From Candidatus Hydrogenedentota bacterium (lineage in GTDB: Bacteria; Hydrogenedentota; Hydrogenedentia; Hydrogenedentales; SLHB01): DNA of 33,324 nt. This document shows, piece after piece, positions 27,736 to 33,324 of the stretch (positions within the stretch are counted from its first letter, which is position 1; each line of letters opens with the position of its first letter). The notes beneath the pieces were generated by a model that was not told where the DNA came from, ran no database searches, and worked only from the letters and a program-made list of their open reading frames with translations. The DNA lies in the NCBI GenBank assembly GCA_029974275.1, contig JARKSN010000015.1, positions 1 through 33,324 of the forward strand. The letters run 5' to 3'. The translations under genes were made by a program, and so were the position numbers.

Positions 27736-30700
27736 TTATGCAGCGCGACGGCGTCGCACGGCGATCACGCCTGCAAGCAGCAGAATCGTTGCGAGCAGCG
27801 CCAACGCGGCAGGCGTCGCCATGGGAACGCCGAGCTGTCCCGCCCCATGTGGGGGATCGTCGGGATCGAGCGGGTTGGTTCCGAGCGCGACTTCGATGCC
27901 GTCGGAGATGTTGTCGCCATCGGTGTCCCAGTTCAGCCAATCGGTCTCATTCCCCGGGAACGGCCACCGCATGGGAAAAGCTGCGTCAACATGGCTCCAT
28001 ACGCCATCTCCATTCTCGTCCTCGACCAGATCGGGGATTCCATCGCCGTCGGCGTCTTCGGTGGGCAATGGGGCGTTTTCGGGGATGCCCGCCAGGAAGA
28101 ACACGCCCCACACGTCCGTGTTGGCGACGAGGGAGGTCTCCCCGCTCTTTTGCAAGGAGGCATTCAGCCACTGGAACTGCTGGGTGCGCCCGTCGATGCG
28201 GCCCATGCGTAACGTCGCCACCGGCACGCGCGTGCCATCGACGTATCCGTCGCTGTTGTCGTCCTTGAACCATATTTGAACAGGGCCGATGGAATTGCCG
28301 GTCACGAAGGTGGTTTCGGGCTTGACGCGATAGCAGGAGCCGTCGAGAATCTGGGCGTCTCCGGAAAGCTCGAAGCGCGGCTCGCGGTCCAACCCAATCG
28401 TCAAATTCGGCGTGCCTGTGATGCGACCGCCGATCACGGTGACTCGGATAAAATCACGGTATGCCGACGAGGTCGTATTGGTTGGGACGGTGAGGCTCGT
28501 CGGATTTTGGGTGATGTTCACCGTGCGCGTGATCGGGGCAGCGGCATTGCCGGCCGCATCCGTCACGGCGTATTCCACCAGATACGTGCCCGGCGTGTTC
28601 ACGTCGACCGGATTGGACGTTTCGATGCGCGATGTGATGACGCTGGTCGAATCCACATTGTCGGAAGCCGTGGCTCCAGCGTCGACGTAGGCGAGCGTCC
28701 ATTCCTGGGACACCGACGCAGGACCCCGGAGCGAGAGCGTCGGGGCAGTATTGTCGGCCGTCAATGCTACGGGGCTGGCGGCTGTTCCGGACACGTTCCC
28801 GACGTTGTCCTGGGCGGTGCCGGGAAGCACGGTGAGTTGGATCGTTCCATTTCCCGAAATGCTGGTCAGTGAAACGGTGCGCTGTGTGGCGCCTGTGCCC
28901 GACACCATCGCGGTGGCCATGGCATTGCCCGTAGCCACAAGCCCGATGCGCGACGCGTCGAGCGTCACCGTGTCTGCGCCATCGTAGGTGATGGTGTACG
29001 TCACGATGCCGTCCTCGTTCGCGATTGGAGGCTCCGGCGCCGACACGGTGATTGCCGGCGGCGTATTGTCCACCGTGAACGCCTCGCTGGGGCCAGCGGC
29101 AGGCGTCGGATTTCCTGCGCTGTCAAGGCCGCTCCCCACTGGAAGCGATATGCTCAACGCGCCATCCCCGGTGATGTTGGAGAGCGTCACCGTGCGGGTG
29201 GTGACGCCCGTTCCGCTGCCCGTGACCGCCACCGCCGCGTCGGCCGTTCCCGTCCGGTTCAGGATCACGTTGGCGGGGCTGAGGAGGACCGTCTCGACGC
29301 CGCCATACGAAACCACGTAGGAAACTGAGCCCTGCCGCGTCTTCATGACGGAAGGCGGCCCAATGCTCACGCTGGGCGGCGTATTGTCCACCAGCAACGG
29401 GGCGCTGGGCTCCGAGGGAGGCGCCGGAACGTCGAAGTAGTCAATTCCCATGCCTGACGGCAGTTGAATCCACAACATGCCCTCGCCGCTGATATTTGAG
29501 AGAGTGGCCGTGCGGAAGGAGTTCCCTGAACCCGACAGCGCCAGCGTGCCGGTTGCGGTTCCAGAGCGCCCGAGCACGACGTTGGATGTCGTCAAGGTAA
29601 GCGTCTTCATGCCGCTATAGTGGATGTCGTAGGTGACCGGGCCTGTGCTCGCAACGGAAGGCGACGGCGCGCCGATGTTCACGCCGGGCACCGAATTCAT
29701 CACTTGAAACGCGGCGGAAGGCGCGGGCGCGGGCGCAGCATGTCCAACCGCGTCGTGCGCCGTCGCGGCCAGGATATCGATGCTCAACGATCCGTCTCCC
29801 GTGATGTTTTCAACGGTGACGGTGCGCGTGGATGTCCCTGTTCCGCTGACGCTGACGACGCCGTCGGCGGTGCCCGTTCGTTCCAGCGTGATGTCGGAGG
29901 CGACAAGAGAAACGGTGTCTGCGCCCGTGTAGGTCACGGTGTATGTGACCGGTCCGATGCCTGTCTTGTCGACCGAGGGGGCGCTGATCGCGACGCCCGG
30001 AGGTGTGTTGTCGACGATGACCGTCGCACCTGTGGCCCCTTCAGCCGGCGCCGGATTGTCAAAAGGATCGCGTCCGGTCTCAGGCGGCGCCGAGATGAAG
30101 ACCGTCCCGTCGCCGGTTATGGAGGAAAGCGTGACCGTGAAGGAGCTCCCACTGCCGCTGAAGCCAAACGTTCCGGTGGCGGTTCCCGTCCAAGAAACCG
30201 TAACATCGCTGGCCGCGAGGGCGTCAGGCGTTCCCATGTTGGAATAGACGATCTCGTACGTCACGGGGCCTATCGATGTGGCCAGCGCGGACGGATCGTC
30301 GATGCTCACGCTCGGTTCTTGACTGCGCACGTTGAAGGAGGCGCTGGAACCTCCATTGGCGAGGTTGCCGGCGTTATCGCGCGCCGTGTCGGCGGCGATG
30401 GAGATGCTGAGCGATCCATCGCCGGTGATGCTGCTCACGGTGACGTTCCGGCTGGAACTTCCCGTTCCCGAGACGCTCACGACGCCGTCCACGCTTGCCG
30501 TTCCCAGGGGCGTCTTGATGAGGGTGATGTCTGTTGCGGCGAGCGTGACCACGTCGGCGCCGGCGTAGGTTACCGTATAGGTCACCGGCCCCGAAGCCGT
30601 GAGCGCGGTCGAGGGGGCGCTGATGGTCATGACGGGATTCGTGTTGTCGACGGTGAATGCCGTCACGGCGGACGCGGGAACTGCAGGCGCGGGAACGTCC

Positions 30701-33228
30701 CAATAGTCCGTCGCTGTTCCGGAAGGAAGCGAGACTTTCAGCGTGCCGTCCCCCGTCAAACTGGTTAGGCTGATGGTGCGGGTCGTGTTGCCCGATCCGG
30801 AGACGCTCACGGCAGCGCTCGCAGAGCCCGTTCGAGTCAATATTACGTCGGACGCCTGCAACCCTACGCTCGCCATGCCCGCATAAGAAACGGTATAGGT
30901 CACGGTTTGGCCCGATTTGGCGTAGCTGCTGGAAGGTTGCGAGATGCTCGTGCTGGGCGCGTTGTGTTGGACGTTGAATACGGCGCTGGGACCTGCGCCA
31001 TTGGCCAGGTTGCCGGCGGCGTCGACGGCGGTATTGGCCGCCAACGAAATGCCCAAACGGCCATCTCCCGTGATGCTGGAGAGCGTCACCGTGCGGGTTT
31101 GGCTGCCGGACCCGCTCACCGACACGGTCGCGCTGGCCGTAGCGGTTCGATTGAGGGAAACCTGAGCCGCTCCAAGCGTCACGGAGTCGGCGCCCGTGTA
31201 GGTGATGGTGTAGGTCACCGGTCCGTCCGACGTGCTGCCCGTGGAAGGCGCGCTGATGCTCACGACCGGCTTGGTGTTATCCACCGTGAACGTGGCGCTG
31301 GGACCTGCGGCCGGAGCCAGATTGCCGCCGCTGTCCGAAGCCGTTCCCGCGGCAATCGAGATGCCCAGCGCGCCGTCGCCGGTGAGACTCGACAACGTCA
31401 CGGTTCGCTCCGTTGTGCCCGATCCGCTGACAGAAATGGATCCGCTGGCCGTTCCTGTTCGGTTCAGGGTGATGTGGCTGGCGGCCAGCGTGATGGTGTT
31501 TACGTTGCCGTAGGTGACGGTATAGGAGATGGGCCCCGTGTTCGTGATGGAGGCGGAAGGACTGCCAATAGAGGCTGTCGCAAGGGCGGGAGCGGGAATC
31601 TTGCCCGACACACGGCCCATCCAGTACAGCGTGTACATGTCAAAACCCGGGAAACCGCGGCAGATATAATCCATTTCCCCGTTCGTCGCGAGCGCGGCGG
31701 ATCGCTGCCAGTTCCAATCGTTCATGGTGGTTTGGTGCGGCAGAACGGCATAGGTCGTGTATTGCGCGTTATAGTAATATGGGGCGAATCGCGGGTCTGC
31801 ATGCAAGTTGATGGGACGTCCCCATTTGACGGGGTCGGGCATGCACAACAAACCGCCAAGCAGTGTCGCATACGCGTCGATGGGGACCGATCCGTTATCA
31901 AACATGCAGGTGGCGGCCGCCAGGAAACCGTTCATGTCGAACCGCCGCGCCTCGTAGCGGCTTCTCCACGTGTTGTTAAACGAGACGAGCTTGCTAGGAT
32001 TGGTTTCCAGCAGCGTGATGCCGAGCCCACGCATCCAGTCTAAGTTGTTGATCCAGTAATCCCCGTTGCTCTCGTATAGGTTGTTGTTCGTCGACAAGGA
32101 CAGGTTGTAGGATGAGATCGTGCTCGCGAAGCTCGAATATTTCGTCGGGTTGGCCTTGTAGCCCACCCGCCGCTGCAATTGCTGCAGTTGGGTGTTGTTC
32201 GCAGTCGTGTGGCCCTTGCCGTCGAGGATATTCCAGCTGTCCGCGATGAGACGATCGATGATGATCTCGACAATGGCCTTGCAGTTCGCCAAGATGGTCG
32301 GATCCTGACAATACTGCAAGCAGGCCGCCAGACCGGTAAACAAACCGGTTTGCGTGTCGCGCGAAGGATAGCCCAGCCACGTATAATCCGTCCACGGAGC
32401 GGCGCCCGTGTAATGGCCGTTGCTGTAGCCGTTATAGTACCAATAATAGCCGGCATTATTGGTTGGACCCGAGAAACGCGCCGTGCGTCCGGCGGTGCCC
32501 GTGATCATGATGTTGCGGTAGATGCCGTCCAATACGCGATTCAGGTCGTCCTTCGTTTGTTGATCGTTGGGCATACAGGCATTTTTCATGGACAGCGCCA
32601 TCAAATGCATTCCCGTGAAACACATCGAATCGCCGATGAGATCCAGGGCGTCCAACGCGCCGGTTCGATTGAAATTGTTCCACCAACCCACGCCTTCCTG
32701 TCCCCAAAACTCGTTGTGATCGCGGTAATCGGTCAAATGGTTTTCCGCCTTCACGTACATCTGATTGATTTGGTCTTGCGTCAGGCCGTCCCAGCCGATC
32801 CAGGAACCGCGCAGGAACGACGTAAGCTGGTTCTCCTGGGTGGCGTTGGGGTGACATGTGCTGCCGAGCGGCAGAAAGGTCGCGTAGATCGTCGTGTCGG
32901 CGTTCAGGGTCAACTGCGTCGGGTTCTGCAAGGACGGCGTAAACTGCGGTGAGCTTGGTGAATACGACCAGTGACTGAAGACCCATCCGGCATCGGGGTC
33001 GCCCGGCATTGCCGGAGCGACGTCGGGCTTGCTCGTGAACTGCTGTCCATTCGAGGGACTGAACGAGATCGTCACCACCGTGCCAGCCGCATAGGGGGGC
33101 GACGGCGAAACCGAGTACCGGCCCTGACCGATAAGGTTGACGGTGAGTTGCACGTCTGCATAGGCGAGACCCAAAAACAGGCACCCGCAGAATGCCACTA
33201 CCAGTGCGCAAAAAAGCCTCTGATTCAT
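27736..33228 (-). CDS. Giant cell-surface protein B (~1830 aa): signal peptide, InlB-B-like repeat, ~420-aa uncharacterised enzyme-like domain, 9 Ig-like repeats, DUF5011-like Ig, Ca-binding DxDGDG motifs, C-terminal TM anchor/sorting signal
   Basis: GGGAGGTG RBS before ATG 33228; signal ending AYA; ~105-aa repeats with GPVTYTVTY..TGDG..D.AGN; DADGDGIPD and DTDGDNISDGIE; C-terminus VPMATPAALALLATILLLAGVIAVRRRRAA. Confidence 0.88.
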   Translation of the reverse strand: MNQRLFCALVVAFCGCLFLGLAYADVQLTVNLIGQGRYSVSPSPPYAAGTVVTISFSPSNGQQFTSKPDVAPAMPGDPDAGWVFSHWSYSPSSPQFTPSLQNPTQLTLNADTTIYATFLPLGSTCHPNATQENQLTSFLRGSWIGWDGLTQDQINQMYVKAENHLTDYRDHNEFWGQEGVGWWNNFNRTGALDALDLIGDSMCFTGMHLMALSMKNACMPNDQQTKDDLNRVLDGIYRNIMITGTAGRTARFSGPTNNAGYYWYYNGYSNGHYTGAAPWTDYTWLGYPSRDTQTGLFTGLAACLQYCQDPTILANCKAIVEIIIDRLIADSWNILDGKGHTTANNTQLQQLQRRVGYKANPTKYSSFASTISSYNLSLSTNNNLYESNGDYWINNLDWMRGLGITLLETNPSKLVSFNNTWRSRYEARRFDMNGFLAAATCMFDNGSVPIDAYATLLGGLLCMPDPVKWGRPINLHADPRFAPYYYNAQYTTYAVLPHQTTMNDWNWQRSAALATNGEMDYICRGFPGFDMYTLYWMGRVSGKIPAPALATASIGSPSASITNTGPISYTVTYGNVNTITLAASHITLNRTGTASGSISVSGSGTTERTVTLSSLTGDGALGISIAAGTASDSGGNLAPAAGPSATFTVDNTKPVVSISAPSTGSTSDGPVTYTITYTGADSVTLGAAQVSLNRTATASATVSVSGSGSQTRTVTLSSITGDGRLGISLAANTAVDAAGNLANGAGPSAVFNVQHNAPSTSISQPSSSYAKSGQTVTYTVSYAGMASVGLQASDVILTRTGSASAAVSVSGSGNTTRTISLTSLTGDGTLKVSLPSGTATDYWDVPAPAVPASAVTAFTVDNTNPVMTISAPSTALTASGPVTYTVTYAGADVVTLAATDITLIKTPLGTASVDGVVSVSGTGSSSRNVTVSSITGDGSLSISIAADTARDNAGNLANGGSSASFNVRSQEPSVSIDDPSALATSIGPVTYEIVYSNMGTPDALAASDVTVSWTGTATGTFGFSGSGSSFTVTLSSITGDGTVFISAPPETGRDPFDNPAPAEGATGATVIVDNTPPGVAISAPSVDKTGIGPVTYTVTYTGADTVSLVASDITLERTGTADGVVSVSGTGTSTRTVTVENITGDGSLSIDILAATAHDAVGHAAPAPAPSAAFQVMNSVPGVNIGAPSPSVASTGPVTYDIHYSGMKTLTLTTSNVVLGRSGTATGTLALSGSGNSFRTATLSNISGEGMLWIQLPSGMGIDYFDVPAPPSEPSAPLLVDNTPPSVSIGPPSVMKTRQGSVSYVVSYGGVETVLLSPANVILNRTGTADAAVAVTGSGTGVTTRTVTLSNITGDGALSISLPVGSGLDSAGNPTPAAGPSEAFTVDNTPPAITVSAPEPPIANEDGIVTYTITYDGADTVTLDASRIGLVATGNAMATAMVSGTGATQRTVSLTSISGNGTIQLTVLPGTAQDNVGNVSGTAASPVALTADNTAPTLSLRGPASVSQEWTLAYVDAGATASDNVDSTSVITSRIETSNPVDVNTPGTYLVEYAVTDAAGNAAAPITRTVNITQNPTSLTVPTNTTSSAYRDFIRVTVIGGRITGTPNLTIGLDREPRFELSGDAQILDGSCYRVKPETTFVTGNSIGPVQIWFKDDNSDGYVDGTRVPVATLRMGRIDGRTQQFQWLNASLQKSGETSLVANTDVWGVFFLAGIPENAPLPTEDADGDGIPDLVEDENGDGVWSHVDAAFPMRWPFPGNETDWLNWDTDGDNISDGIEVALGTNPLDPDDPPHGAGQLGVPMATPAALALLATILLLAGVIAVRRRRAA
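28745..31580 (-). repeat. Nine tandem ~105-aa Ig-like repeats within protein B
   Basis: Manual alignment of the translation; unit P.VSISAPS...GPVTY..Y.G...TL....TGTA...VSGSG..RTVTLS.ITGDG.L.I....TA.D..GN....F.V. Confidence 0.85.
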
Positions 33229-33324
33229 GAGACACCTCCCTACCATAGAGGCAGTCGGTTCGACAAAATGGCGATCCGAATGCATGTTCCTGTTCCCGTC
33301 CTGTCACGAAGGACGCGTGGCCTG

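Noticed and set aside
1..33324. CRISPR arrays, tRNA/rRNA, transposases, integrases, defence systems
   Set aside because: None recognised; all repeats found are protein-coding domain repeats or short hairpins

Overview
GC-rich bacterial chromosomal segment from a diderm (lpxA present). The gene content and modular surface proteins are reminiscent of Ca. Hydrogenedentota or similar poorly studied phyla (inference only). The left half holds housekeeping and envelope genes: a lipoprotein, lpxA, a D-lyxose isomerase-family cupin, a Gfo/Idh/MocA oxidoreductase plus hexapeptide acetyltransferase, an AftB-like GT-C glycosyltransferase, ftsH-folP-glmM, a divergent transketolase-family enzyme and a Pro/Ala-rich lipoprotein. 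The right half has two giant secreted modular proteins (~1660 and ~1830 aa) flanking hemolysin III, a frameshifted SGNH hydrolase, an SpsF-like cytidylyltransferase, RluA, a GH99/WbsX-like hydrolase and a P-type ATPase. Highlights: (1) the two giant proteins share a ~420-aa uncharacterised enzyme-like domain at opposite termini, on different repeat stalks, one anchored and one not; (2) a complete NiCo/czcD-type metal riboswitch (promoter, 4-way junction, overlapping terminator) precedes a P-type ATPase with a non-canonical PEEFP motif; (3) an unrecognised, highly structured RNA leader (~180-nt core, ~270 nt in total) lies upstream of the transketolase. No rRNA, tRNA, CRISPR or mobile element was recognised.
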